Positions 46,691 to 59,600 of a DNA stretch of 64,000 nucleotides are shown here, piece by piece. Each line of letters starts with the position of its first letter. The stretch's first letter is position 1. Source of the DNA: Eledone cirrhosa. Taxonomy: Eukaryota. The stretch is taken from the NCBI GenBank assembly GCA_964016885.1, contig OZ024743.1:135098001-135162000 (forward strand), given 5' to 3'. The position numbers and the translations under genes are program-made. The notes under the pieces were generated by a model. It saw nothing but the letters and a program-made list of their open reading frames with translations. It was not told the origin of the DNA and searched no databases.

Positions 46691-49600
46691 TTGGTGCTTG
46701 GTGTTTGGTGCTTGGTGCTTGGTGTTTGGTGTTTGGTGCTAGGTGCTTGGTGCTTGGTGCTTGGTGTTTGGTGCTTGGTGTTTGGTGTTTGGTACTTGGG
46801 GCTTGGTGTTTGGTGCTTGGTGCTTGGTGCTTGGTGTTTGGTGTTTGGTGTTTGGTGCTTGGTGCTTGGTGCTTGGTGCTTGTTGCTTGGTGTTTGGTGC
46901 TTGGTGTTTGGTGTTGGTACTTGGTGTTTGGTGGTTGGTGCTTGGTGCTTGGTGTTTGGTGTTTGGTGTTTGGTGCTTGGTGCTTGGTGCCTGGTGCTTG
47001 GTGTTTTGTGTTTGGTGCTTGGTGCTTGGTGCTGGGTTGTTGGCGTTTGGTGCTTGGTGCTTGGTGTTTGGTGCTTGGTGCTTGGTGTTTGGTGTTTGGT
47101 GCTTGGTGCTTGGTCTTTGGTGCTTGGTGTTTGGTGTTTGGTGGTTGGTGCTTGGTGTTTGCTGCTTGGTGCTTGGTGATTAGTGTTTGGTGCTTGGTGC
47201 TTGGGGTTTGGTGTTTGGTGCTTGGTGCTTGGTGTTTGGTGCTTGGTGCTTGGTGTTTGGTGCTTGGTGTTTGGTGTTTGCTGTTTGGTGTTTGCTGTTT
47301 GCTATTTGCTGTCTGCTTTTTGGTTTTTGGTGTTTGCTGTATGGTGTTTGGTGTTTAGTGTTTGGTGTTTGGTGTTTGGTGTTTGGTGTTTCCTGTTTGG
47401 TCTTTGGTCTTTGGTGCTTGTTGTTTGGTGCTTGGTGCTTGGTGTTTGGTGTTTGATGCTTGGTGCTTGGTGTTTGGTGTTTGGTGCTTGGTGCTTGTTG
47501 TTTGGTGATTGGTGCTTTGTGCTTGGTGTTTGGTGTTTGGTGCTTGGTGCCTGGTGCTTGTTGTTTGGTGATTGGTGCTTGGTGCTTGGTGTTTGGTGTT
47601 TGGTGTTTGGTGTTTGGTGCTTGGTGTTTGGTTTTTGGTGCTAGGTGCTTGGTGCTTGGTGCAGGGTACTTGGTGTTTGGTGTAAGGTGCTTGGTGCTTG
47701 GGGCTTGGTGTTTGGTGCTTGGTGCTTGGTGCTTGGTCTTTGGTGCTTGGTGTTTGGTGTTTGGTGCTTGGTGCTTGGTGCTTGGTGTTTGGTGCTTGGT
47801 GCTTGGTGCTTGGTGATTAGTGTTTGGTGCTTGGTGCTTGGGATTTGGTGTTTGGTGCTTGGTGCTTGGTGTTTTGTGCTTGGTAATTGGTGTTTGGTGC
47901 TTGGTGTTTGGTGTTTGTGTTTTGCTGTTTGGTGTTTGGTGTTTGCTTTTTGGTGTTTGGTGTTTGCTGTATGGTGTTTGGTGTTTGCTGTATGGTGTTT
48001 ACTGTTTCGTGTTTGGTGTTTGCTGTTTGGTGTTTGGTCTTTGGTGCTTGGTGTTTGGTGCTTGGTGCTTGGTGTTTGGTGTTTGGTGCTTGGTGCTTGG
48101 TGTTTGGTGTTTAGTGCTTGGTGCCTGGTGCTTGTTGTTTGGTGATTGGTGCTTGGTGTTTGGTGTTTGCTGTTTGGTGTTTGGTGTTTGGTGTTTGCCG
48201 TTTGGTGTTTGGTGCATGGTGCTTGGTGTTTGGTGCCTGGTGCTTGTTGTTTGGTGCTTGGTGCTTGGTGTTTAGTGCTTGGTGTTTGGTGTTTGGTGCT
48301 TGGTGCTTGGTGTTTGGTGTTTGGTGCTTGGTGCATGGTGCTTGGTGTTTGGTGTTTGGTGCTTGGTGTTTGGTGCTTGGAGCTTGGTGCTTCGTGTTTG
48401 GTGCTTAGTGATTGGTGCTTGGTGTTTGGTGCAGGGTGCTTGGTGTTTGGTGCTTGGTGTTTGGTGTTTGGTTTTTGATGCTTGGTGCTTGGTGTTTGTA
48501 CTTGGTGCTTGGTGCTTGGTGCGTGGTGTTTCGTGCTTGGTGCTTGGTGCTTGGTGTTTGGTTCTTGGTGTTTGGTGCTTGGTGCTTGGTGCTTGGTGTT
48601 TGGTGTTTGGTGCTTGGTGCTTGGTGTTTGTACTTGGTGCTTGGTGCTTGGTGCGTGGTGTTTGGTGCTTGGTGCTTGGTGCTTGGTGTTTGGTTCTTGG
48701 TGTTTGGTGCTTGGTGCTTGGTGCTTGGTGTTTGGTGCTTGGTGCTTGGTGTTTGGTGCTTGGTGCCTGGTGCTTGGTGTTTGGTGCTTGGTGTTTGGTG
48801 CTTGGTGCTTGGTGCTTGGTGTAAGGTGTTAGGTGTTTGGTGCTTGGTGTTTGGTGCTTGGTGCTTGGGGCTTGGTGTTTGGTGCTTGGTGCTTGGTGCT
48901 TGGTGTTTGGTGTTTGGTGTTTGGTGCTTGGTGCTTGGTGCTGGGTGGTTGGCGTTTGGTGCTTGGTGCTTGGTGTTTGGTGCTTGGTGCTTGGTGTTTG
49001 GTGCTTGGTGCTTGGTGCTTGGGGCTTGGTGTTTGGTGCTTGGTGCTTGGTGCCTGGTGCTTGGTGTTTGGTTTTTGGTGCTTGGTGTTTGGTGCTTGGT
49101 GCTTGGTGCTGTGTGGTTGGCGTTTAGTGCTTGGTGCTTGGTGTTTGGTGCTTGGTGCTTGGTGTTTGGTGCTTGGTGCTTGGTCATTGATGCTTGGTGT
49201 TTGGTGTTTGGTGGTTGGTGCTTTGTGTTTGGTGCTTGGTGCTTGGTGATTAGTGTTTGGTGCTTGGTGCTTGGGGTTTGGTGTCGGTGCTTGGTGCTTG
49301 GTGTTTGGTGCTTGGTGTTTGTTGTTTGGTGTTTGGTGTTTGGTTGTTTGCTGTTTGCTGTCTGCTTTTTGGTGTTTGGTGTTTGCTGTATGGTGTTTGC
49401 TGTTTCGTGTTTGGTGTTTGGTGTTTGGTGTTTCCTGTTTGGTCTTTGGTCTTTGGTGCTTGGTGTTTGGTGCTTGGTGCTTGGTGCTTGTTGTTTGGTG
49501 ATTGGTGCTTGGTGCTTGGTGTTTGGTGTTTGGTGTTTGGTGCTTGGTGTCTGGTGCTTGGTGTTTGGTGTTTGGTGCTTGGTGCTTGGTGCTTGGTGTT

Positions 49601-52600
49601 TGGTGTTTGGTGTTTGGTGCTTGGTGCTTGGTGTTTGGTGCTTGGTGCTTGGTGCTGCATGCTTGGTGCTGCATGCTTGGTGTTTTGTGTTTGGTGCTTG
49701 GTGCTTGGTGCTTGGTATTTGGTGCTTGGTGCTTGGTGCTTGGTGATTAGTGTTTGGTGCTTGGTGCTTGGGGTTTGGTGTTTGGTGCTTGGTGCTTGGT
49801 GTTTGGTGCTTGGTACTTGGTGTTTGGTGCTTGGTGTTTGGTGTTTGCTGTTTGATGTTTGGTGTTTGGTGTTTGGTGTTTGCTGTATGGTGTTTGCTGT
49901 TTCGTGTTTGGTCTTTGCTGTTTGGTGTTTGGTCATTGGTGCTTGGTGTTTGGTGCTTGGTGCTTGGTGTTTGGTGTTTGGTGCTTGGTGCTTGCTGTTT
50001 GGTGTTTAGTGCTTGGTGCCTGGTGCTTGTTGTTTGGTGATTGGTGCTTGGTTTTTGGTGTTTGCTGTTTGCTGTTTGGTGTTTGGTGTTTGCCGTTTGG
50101 TGTTTGGTGCTTGGTGCTTGGTGCTTGGTGTTTGGTGCTTGGCGTTTGGTGCTTGGTGCTTGGTGTTTGGTGCCTGGTGCTTGTTGTTTGGTGCTTGTTG
50201 CTTGGTGTTTGGTGTTTGGTGTTTGGTGTTTAGTGCTTGGTGTTTGGTGCATTGTTCTTGGTGTTTGGTGTTTGGAGCTTGGTCTTTGGTGCTTGGAGCT
50301 TGGTGCTTCGTGTTTGGTGCTTGGTGCTTGGTGCTTGGTGTTTGGTGCTTGGTGTTTGGTGTTTGGTTTTTGATGCTTGGTGTTTGATGCTTGGTGCTTG
50401 GTGCTTGGTGTTTGGTTTTTGGTGCTTGGTGCTTGGTGCTTGGTGCTTGGTGTTTGGTGCTTGGTGTTTGGTGTTTGCTGCTTGGTGTTTGGTGCTTGGT
50501 GCTTGGTGCTTGGTGTTAGGTGATGGTGCTTGGTGTTTGGTGCTTCGTGCTTGGTGCTTGGTGTTTGGTGCTTGGTGCTTGGTGTTTGGTGCTTGGTGCC
50601 TGGTGCTTGGTGTTTGGTGCTTGGTGCTTGGTGTTTGGTGTTTGGTGCTTGGTGTTTGGTGCTTGGTGCTTGGTGTTTGGTGCTTGGTGCTTGGTGTTTG
50701 GTGTTTGGTATTTGGTGCTTGGTGTTTGGTGCTTGGTGCTTGGTGTTTGGTGCTTGGTGATTGGTGCTTGGTGCTTGGTGCTTGGTGTTTGGTGTTTGGT
50801 GCTAGGTGCTTGGTGCTTGGTGTTTGGTGCTCGGTGTTTGGTGCTTGGTACTTGGGGCTTGGTGTTTGGTGCTTGGTGCTTGGTGTTTGGTGTTTGGTGT
50901 TTGGTGTTTGGTGCTTGGTGCTTGGTGCTGGGTGGTTGGCGTTTGGTGCTAAGGTGCTTGGTGTTTGGAGCTTGGTGCTTGGTGTTTGGTGCTTGGTGCT
51001 TGGTGCTTGGGGCTTGGTGTTTGGTGCTTGGTGCTTGGTGCTTGGTGTTTGGGGCTTGGTGCTTGGTGTTTGATGCTTGGTGCTTGGTGTTTGGTGTTTG
51101 CTGTTTGGTGTCTGGTGTTTGCTGTTTGGTGTTTGCTGCTTGGTGTTTGGTGCTTGGTGCTTGGTGCTGGGTGGTTGGCGTTTGGTGCTTGGTGCTTGGT
51201 GTTTGGTGCTTGGTGTTTGGTGTTTGGTGCTTGGTGTTTGGTGTTTGGTGCTTGGTGCTTGGTGTTTGGTGTTTGGTGTTTGGTGCTTGGTGCTTGGTCT
51301 TTGGTGCTTGGTGCTTGGTGCTTGGTCTTTGGTGCTTGGTGCTTGGTGGTTGGTGTTTGGTGCTGCATGCTTGGTGTTTGGTGTTTGGTTCTTGGTGCTT
51401 GGTGCTTGGTATTTGGTGCTTGGTGCTTGGTGCTTGGTGATTAGTGTTTGGTGCTTGGTGCTTGGAGTTTGGTGTTTGGTGCTTGGTGCTTGGTGTTTGT
51501 GTTTGGTACTTGGTGTTTGGTGCTTGGTGTTTGGTGCTTGGTGATTAGAGTTTGGTGCTTGGTGCTTGGTGTTTGGTGCTTGGTGCTTGGTGTTTGGTGT
51601 TTGGTGCTAGGTGCTTGGTGCTTGGTGCTTGGTGTTTGGTGCTTGGTGTTTGGTGTTTGGTACTTGGGGCTTGGTGTTTGGTGCTTGGTGCTTGGTGCTT
51701 GGTGTTTGGTGTTTGGTGTTTGGTGCTTGGTGCTTGGTGCTTGGTGCTTGTTGCTTGGTGTTTGGTGCTTGGTGTTTGGTGTTGGTACTTGGTGTTTGGT
51801 GGTTGGTGCTTGGTGCTTGGTGTTTGGTGTTTGGTGTTTGGTGCTTGGTGCTTGGTGCCTGGTGCTTGGTGTTTTGTGTTTGGTGCTTGGTGCTTGGTGC
51901 TGGGTTGTTGGCGTTTGGTGCTTGGTGCTTGGTGTTTGGTGCTTGGTGCTTGGTGTTTGGTGTTTGGTGCTTGGTGCTTGGTCTTTGGTGCTTGGTGTTT
52001 GGTGTTTGGTGGTTGGTGCTTGGTGTTTGCTGCTTGGTGCTTGGTGATTAGTGTTTGGTGCTTGGTGCTTGGGGTTTGGTGTTTGGTGCTTGGTGCTTGG
52101 TGTTTGGTGCTTGGTGCTTGGTGTTTGGTGCTTGGTGTTTGGTGTTTGCTGTTTGGTGTTTGCTGTTTGCTATTTGCTGTCTGCTTTTTGGTTTTTGGTG
52201 TTTGCTGTATGGTGTTTGGTGTTTAGTGTTTGGTGTTTGGTGTTTGGTGTTTGGTGTTTCCTGTTTGGTCTTTGGTCTTTGGTGCTTGTTGTTTGGTGCT
52301 TGGTGCTTGGTGTTTGGTGTTTGATGCTTGGTGCTTGGTGTTTGGTGTTTGGTGCTTGGTGCTTGTTGTTTGGTGATTGGTGCTTTGTGCTTGGTGTTTG
52401 GTGTTTGGTGCTTGGTGCCTGGTGCTTGTTGTTTGGTGATTGGTGCTTGGTGCTTGGTGTTTGGTGTTTGGTGTTTGGTGTTTGGTGCTTGGTGTTTGGT
52501 TTTTGGTGCTAGGTGCTTGGTGCTTGGTGCAGGGTACTTGGTGTTTGGTGTAAGGTGCTTGGTGCTTGGGGCTTGGTGTTTGGTGCTTGGTGCTTGGTGC

Positions 52601-55600
52601 TTGGTCTTTGGTGCTTGGTGTTTGGTGTTTGGTGCTTGGTGCTTGGTGCTTGGTGTTTGGTGCTTGGTGCTTGGTGCTTGGTGATTAGTGTTTGGTGCTT
52701 GGTGCTTGGGATTTGGTGTTTGGTGCTTGGTGCTTGGTGTTTTGTGCTTGGTAATTGGTGTTTGGTGCTTGGTGTTTGGTGTTTGTGTTTTGCTGTTTGG
52801 TGTTTGGTGTTTGCTTTTTGGTGTTTGGTGTTTGCTGTATGGTGTTTGGTGTTTGCTGTATGGTGTTTACTGTTTCGTGTTTGGTGTTTGCTGTTTGGTG
52901 TTTGGTCTTTGGTGCTTGGTGTTTGGTGCTTGGTGCTTGGTGTTTGGTGTTTGGTGCTTGGTGCTTGGTGTTTGGTGTTTAGTGCTTGGTGCCTGGTGCT
53001 TGTTGTTTGGTGATTGGTGCTTGGTGTTTGGTGTTTGCTGTTTGGTGTTTGGTGTTTGGTGTTTGCCGTTTGGTGTTTGGTGCATGGTGCTTGGTGTTTG
53101 GTGCCTGGTGCTTGTTGTTTGGTGCTTGGTGCTTGGTGTTTAGTGCTTGGTGTTTGGTGTTTGGTGCTTGGTGCTTGGTGTTTGGTGTTTGGTGCTTGGT
53201 GCATGGTGCTTGGTGTTTGGTGTTTGGTGCTTGGTGTTTGGTGCTTGGAGCTTGGTGCTTCGTGTTTGGTGCTTAGTGATTGGTGCTTGGTGTTTGGTGC
53301 AGGGTGCTTGGTGTTTGGTGCTTGGTGTTTGGTGTTTGGTTTTTGATGCTTGGTGCTTGGTGTTTGTACTTGGTGCTTGGTGCTTGGTGCGTGGTGTTTG
53401 GTGCTTGGTGCTTGGTGCTTGGTGTTTGGTTCTTGGTGTTTGGTGCTTGGTGCTTGGTGCTTGGTGTTTGGTGTTTGGTGCTTGGTGCTTGGTGTTTGTA
53501 CTTGGTGCTTGGTGCTTGGTGCGTGGTGTTTGGTGCTTGGTGCTTGGTGCTTGGTGTTTGGTTCTTGGTGTTTGGTGCTTGGTGCTTGGTGCTTGGTGTT
53601 TGGTGCTTGGTGCTTGGTGTTTGGTGCTTGGTGCCTGGTGCTTGGTGTTTGGTGCTTGGTGTTTGGTGCTTGGTGCTTGGTGCTTGGTGTAAGGTGTTAG
53701 GTGTTTGGTGCTTGGTGTTTGGTGCTTGGTGCTTGGGGCTTGGTGTTTGGTGCTTGGTGCTTGGTGCTTGGTGTTTGGTGTTTGGTGTTTGGTGCTTGGT
53801 GCTTGGTGCTGGGTGGTTGGCGTTTGGTGCTTGGTGCTTGGTGTTTGGTGCTTGGTGCTTGGTGTTTGGTGCTTGGTGCTTGGTGCTTGGGGCTTGGTGT
53901 TTGGTGCTTGGTGCTTGGTGCCTGGTGCTTGGTGTTTGGTTTTTGGTGCTTGGTGTTTGGTGCTTGGTGCTTGGTGCTGTGTGGTTGGCGTTTAGTGCTT
54001 GGTGCTTGGTGTTTGGTGCTTGGTGCTTGGTGTTTGGTGCTTGGTGCTTGGTCATTGATGCTTGGTGTTTGGTGTTTGGTGGTTGGTGCTTTGTGTTTGG
54101 TGCTTGGTGCTTGGTGATTAGTGTTTGGTGCTTGGTGCTTGGGGTTTGGTGTCGGTGCTTGGTGCTTGGTGTTTGGTGCTTGGTGTTTGTTGTTTGGTGT
54201 TTGGTGTTTGGTTGTTTGCTGTTTGCTGTCTGCTTTTTGGTGTTTGGTGTTTGCTGTATGGTGTTTGCTGTTTCGTGTTTGGTGTTTGGTGTTTGGTGTT
54301 TCCTGTTTGGTCTTTGGTCTTTGGTGCTTGGTGTTTGGTGCTTGGTGCTTGGTGCTTGTTGTTTGGTGATTGGTGCTTGGTGCTTGGTGTTTGGTGTTTG
54401 GTGTTTGGTGCTTGGTGTCTGGTGCTTGGTGTTTGGTGTTTGGTGCTTGGTGCTTGGTGCTTGGTGTTTGGTGTTTGGTGTTTGGTGCTTGGTGCTTGGT
54501 GTTTGGTGCTTGGTGCTTGGTGCTGCATGCTTGGTGCTGCATGCTTGGTGTTTTGTGTTTGGTGCTTGGTGCTTGGTGCTTGGTATTTGGTGCTTGGTGC
54601 TTGGTGCTTGGTGATTAGTGTTTGGTGCTTGGTGCTTGGGGTTTGGTGTTTGGTGCTTGGTGCTTGGTGTTTGGTGCTTGGTACTTGGTGTTTGGTGCTT
54701 GGTGTTTGGTGTTTGCTGTTTGATGTTTGGTGTTTGGTGTTTGGTGTTTGCTGTATGGTGTTTGCTGTTTCGTGTTTGGTCTTTGCTGTTTGGTGTTTGG
54801 TCATTGGTGCTTGGTGTTTCGTGCTTGGTGCTTGGTGTTTGGTGTTTGGTGCTTGGTGCTTGCTGTTTGGTGTTTAGTGCTTGGTGCCTGGTGCTTGTTG
54901 TTTGGTGATTGGTGCTTGGTTTTTGGTGTTTGCTGTTTGCTGTTTGGTGTTTGGTGTTTGCCGTTTGGTGTTTGGTGCTTGGTGCTTGGTGCTTGGTGTT
55001 TGGTGCTTGGCGTTTGGTGCTTGGTGCTTGGTGTTTGGTGCCTGGTGCTTGTTGTTTGGTGCTTGTTGCTTGGTGTTTGGTGTTTGGTGTTTGGTGTTTA
55101 GTGCTTGGTGTTTGGTGCATTGTTCTTGGTGTTTGGTGTTTGGAGCTTGGTCTTTGGTGCTTGGAGCTTGGTGCTTCGTGTTTGGTGCTTGGTGCTTGGT
55201 GCTTGGTGTTTGGTGCTTGGTGTTTGGTGTTTGGTTTTTGATGCTTGGTGTTTGATGCTTGGTGCTTGGTGCTTGGTGTTTGGTTTTTGGTGCTTGGTGC
55301 TTGGTGCTTGGTGCTTGGTGTTTGGTGCTTGGTGTTTGGTGTTTGCTGCTTGGTGTTTGGTGCTTGGTGCTTGGTGCTTGGTGTTAGGTGATGGTGCTTG
55401 GTGTTTGGTGCTTCGTGCTTGGTGCTTGGTGTTTGGTGCTTGGTGCTTGGTGTTTGGTGCTTGGTGCCTGGTGCTTGGTGTTTGGTGCTTGGTGCTTGGT
55501 GTTTGGTGTTTGGTGCTTGGTGTTTGGTGCTTGGTGCTTGGTGTTTGGTGCTTGGTGCTTGGTGTTTGGTGTTTGGTATTTGGTGCTTGGTGTTTGGTGC

Positions 55601-56473
55601 TTGGTGCTTGGTGTTTGGTGCTTGGTGATTGGTGCTTGGTGCTTGGTGCTTGGTGTTTGGTGTTTGGTGCTAGGTGCTTGGTGCTTGGTGTTTGGTGCTC
55701 GGTGTTTGGTGCTTGGTACTTGGGGCTTGGTGTTTGGTGCTTGGTGCTTGGTGTTTGGTGTTTGGTGTTTGGTGTTTGGTGCTTGGTGCTTGGTGCTGGG
55801 TGGTTGGCGTTTGGTGCTAAGGTGCTTGGTGTTTGGAGCTTGGTGCTTGGTGTTTGGTGCTTGGTGCTTGGTGCTTGGGGCTTGGTGTTTGGTGCTTGGT
55901 GCTTGGTGCTTGGTGTTTGGGGCTTGGTGCTTGGTGTTTGATGCTTGGTGCTTGGTGTTTGGTGTTTGCTGTTTGGTGTCTGGTGTTTGCTGTTTGGTGT
56001 TTGCTGCTTGGTGTTTGGTGCTTGGTGCTTGGTGCTGGGTGGTTGGCGTTTGGTGCTTGGTGCTTGGTGTTTGGTGCTTGGTGTTTGGTGTTTGGTGCTT
56101 GGTGTTTGGTGTTTGGTGCTTGGTGCTTGGTGTTTGGTGTTTGGTGTTTGGTGCTTGGTGCTTGGTCTTTGGTGCTTGGTGCTTGGTGCTTGGTCTTTGG
56201 TGCTTGGTGCTTGGTGGTTGGTGTTTGGTGCTGCATGCTTGGTGTTTGGTGTTTGGTTCTTGGTGCTTGGTGCTTGGTATTTGGTGCTTGGTGCTTGGTG
56301 CTTGGTGATTAGTGTTTGGTGCTTGGTGCTTGGAGTTTGGTGTTTGGTGCTTGGTGCTTGGTGTTTGTGTTTGGTACTTGGTGTTTGGTGCTTGGTGTTT
56401 GGTGCTTGGTGATTAGAGTTTGGTGCTTGGTGCTTGGTGTTTGGTGCTTGGTGCTTGGTGTTTGGTGTTTGGT
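46691..56473 (+). repeat. Recent 4,868-bp tandem duplication (46691-51558 / 51559-56426)
   Basis: Constant ORF offset of 4868 (47183/52051, 48405/53273, 50520/55388). Private markers GGTAATTGG, GGTCATTGATG and GTGTCGGTG each occur twice at this offset. Confidence 0.92.
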
Positions 56474-59400
56474 ACTTGGTGTTTGGTGCTTGGTGTTTGG
56501 TGTTTGCTGTTTGCTGTTTGTTGTTTGGTGTTTGGTGTTTGCTGTATGGTGTTTGCTGTTTCGTGTTTGGTCTTTGCTGTTTGGTGTTTAGTCTTTGGTG
56601 CTTGGTGTTTGGTGCTTGGTGCTTGGTGTTTGGTGTTTGGTTTTTGCTGTTTCGTGTCTACTTTTTGGTGTTTGGTGTTTGCTGTATGGTGTTTGCTGTT
56701 TCATGTTTGGTGTTTGCTGTTTGGTGTTTGCTCTTTGGTGCTTGGTGTTTGGTGCTTGGTGCTTGGTTTTTGGTGTTTAGTGCTTGGTGCCTGGTGCTTG
56801 TTGTTTTGTGATTGGTGCTTGGTGTTTGGTGCTTGGTGCTTGGTGTTTGGTGTTTGGTGCTTGGTGTTTGGTGCTTGGTGCTTGGTGTTTGGTGCTTGGT
56901 GCTTGGTGTTTGGTGTTTGGTATTTGGTGCTTGGTGTTTGGTGCTTGGTGCTTGGTGTTTGGTGCTTGGTGATTGGTGCTTGGTGCTTGGTGCTTGGTGT
57001 TTGGTGTTTGGTGCTAGGTGCTTGGCGCTTGGTGTTTGGTGCTCGGTGTTTGGTGCTAGGTACTTGGGGCTTGGTGTTTGGTGCTTGGTGCTTGGTGTTT
57101 GGTGTTTGGTGTTTGGTGTTTGGTGCTTGGTGCTTGGTGCTGGGTGGTTGGCGTTTGGTGCTAAGGTGCTTGGTGTTTGGAGCTTGGTGCTTGGTGTTTG
57201 GTGCTTGGTGCTTGGTGCTTGGGGCTTGGTGTTTGGTGCTTGGTGCTTGGTGCTTGGTGTTTGGGGCTTGGTGCTTGGTGTTTGATGCTTGGTGCTTGGT
57301 GTTTGGTGTTTGCTGTTTGGTGTCTGGTGTTTGCTGTTTGGTGTTTGCTGCTTGGTGTTTGGTGCTTGGTGCTTGGTGCTGGGTGGTTGGCGTTTGGTGC
57401 TTGGTGCTTGGTGTTTGGTGCTTGGTGTTTGGTGTTTGGTGCTTGGTGTTTGGTGTTTGGTGCTTGGTGCTTGGTGTTTGGTGTTTGGTGTTTGGTGCTT
57501 GGTGCTTGGTCTTTGGTGCTTGGTGCTTGGTGCTTGGTCTTTGGTGCTTGGTGCTTGGTGGTTGGTGTTTGGTGCTGCATGCTTGGTGTTTGGTGTTTGG
57601 TTCTTGGTGCTTGGTGCTTGGTATTTGGTGCTTGGTGTTTGGTGCTTGGTGATTGGTGCTTGGTGCTTGGTGCTTGGTGTTTGGTGTTTGGTGCTAGGTG
57701 CTTGGTGCTTGGTGTTTGGTGCTCGGTGTTTGGTGCTTGGTACTTGGGGCTTGGTGTTTGGTGCTTGGTGCTTGGTGTTTGGTGTTTGGTGTTTGGTGTT
57801 TGGTGCTTGGTGCTTGGTGCTGGGTGGTTGGCGTTTGGTGCTTGGTGCTTGGTGTTTGGTGCTTGGTGCTTGGTGTTTGGTGCTTGGTGCTTGGTGTTTG
57901 GTGTTTGCTGTTTGCTGTTTGTTGTTTGGTGTTTGGTGTTTGCTGTATGGTGTTTGCTGTTTCGTGTTTGGTCTTTGCTGTTTGGTGTTTAGTCTTTGGT
58001 GCTTGGTGTTTGGTGCTTGGTGCTTGGTGTTTGGTGTTTGGTTTTTGCTGTTTGGTGTCTACTTTTTGGTGTTTGGTGTTTGCTGTATGGTGTTTGCTGT
58101 TTCATGTTTGGTGTTTGCTGTTTGGTGTTTGCTCTTTGGTGCTTGGTGTTTGGTGCTTGGTGCTTGGTTTTTGGTGTTTAGTGCTTGGTGCCTGGTGCTT
58201 GTTGTTTTGTGATTGGTGCTTGGTGTTTGGTGCTTGGTGCTTGGTGTTTGGTGTTTGGTGCTTGGTGTTTGGTGCTTGGTGCTTGGTGTTTGGTGCTTGG
58301 TGCTTGGTGTTTGGTGTTTGGTATTTGGTGCTTGGTGTTTGGTGCTTGGTGCTTGGTGTTTGGTGCTTGGTGATTGGTGCTTGGTGCTTGGTGCTTGGTG
58401 TTTGGTGTTTGGTGCTAGGTGCTTGGCGCTTGGTGTTTGGTGCTCGGTGTTTGGTGCTAGGTACTTGGGGCTTGGTGTTTGGTGCTTGGTGCTTGGTGTT
58501 TGGTGTTTGGTGTTTGGTGTTTGGTGCTTGGTGCTTGGTGCTGGGTGGTTGGCGTTTGGTGCTAAGGTGCTTGGTGTTTGGAGCTTGGTGCTTGGTGTTT
58601 GGTGCTTGGTGCTTGGTGCTTGGGGCTTGGTGTTTGGTGCTTGGTGCTTGGTGCTTGGTGTTTGGGGCTTGGTGCTTGGTGTTTGATGCTTGGTGCTTGG
58701 TGTTTGGTGTTTGCTGTTTGGTGTCTGGTGTTTGCTGTTTGGTGTTTGCTGCTTGGTGTTTGGTGCTTGGTGCTTGGTGCTGGGTGGTTGGCGTTTGGTG
58801 CTTGGTGCTTGGTGTTTGGTGCTTGGTGTTTGGTGTTTGGTGCTTGGTGTTTGGTGTTTGGTGCTTGGTGCTTGGTGTTTGGTGTTTGGTGTTTGGTGCT
58901 TGGTGCTTGGTCTTTGGTGCTTGGTGCTTGGTGCTTGGTCTTTGGTGCTTGGTGCTTGGTGGTTGGTGTTTGGTGCTGCATGCTTGGTGTTTGGTGTTTG
59001 GTTCTTGGTGCTTGGTGCTTGGTATTTGGTGCTTGGTGCTTGGTGCTTGGTGATTAGTGTTTGGTGCTTGGTGCTTGGTGTTTGTGTTTGGTACTTGGTG
59101 TTTGGTGCTTGGTGTTTGGTGTTTGCTGTTTGGTTCTTGGTGCTTGGTGCTTGGTATTTGGTGCTTGGTGCTTGGTGCTTGGTGATTAGAGTTTGGTGCT
59201 TGGTGCTTGGTGTTTGGTGCTTGGTGCTTGGTGTTTGGTGTTTGGTACTTGGTGTTTGGTGCTTGGTGTTTGGTGTTTGCTGTTTGCTGTTTGTTGTTTG
59301 GTGTTTGGTGTTTGCTGTATGGTGTTTGCTGTTTCGTGTTTGGTCTTTGCTGTTTGGTGTTTAGTCTTTGGTGCTTGGTGTTTGGTGCTTGGTGCTTGGT

Positions 59401-59600
59401 GTTTGGTGTTTGGTTTTTGCTGTTTGGTGTCTACTTTTTGGTGTTTGGTGTTTGCTGTATGGTGTTTGCTGTTTCATGTTTGGTGTTTGCTGTTTGGTGT
59501 TTGCTCTTTGGTGCTTGGTGTTTGGTGCTTGGTGCTTGGTTTTTGGTGCTTGGTTTTTGGTGTTTAGTGCTTGGTGCCTGGTGCTTGTTGTTTTGTGATT
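55500..59600 (+). repeat. Three imperfect ~1.35-1.4 kb tandem units
   Basis: The same 139-aa minus-strand translation at 55817, 57161 and 58562 (offsets 1344, 1401). The marker GTCTACTTTT is at ~56656, ~58057 and ~59429. Confidence 0.8.
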
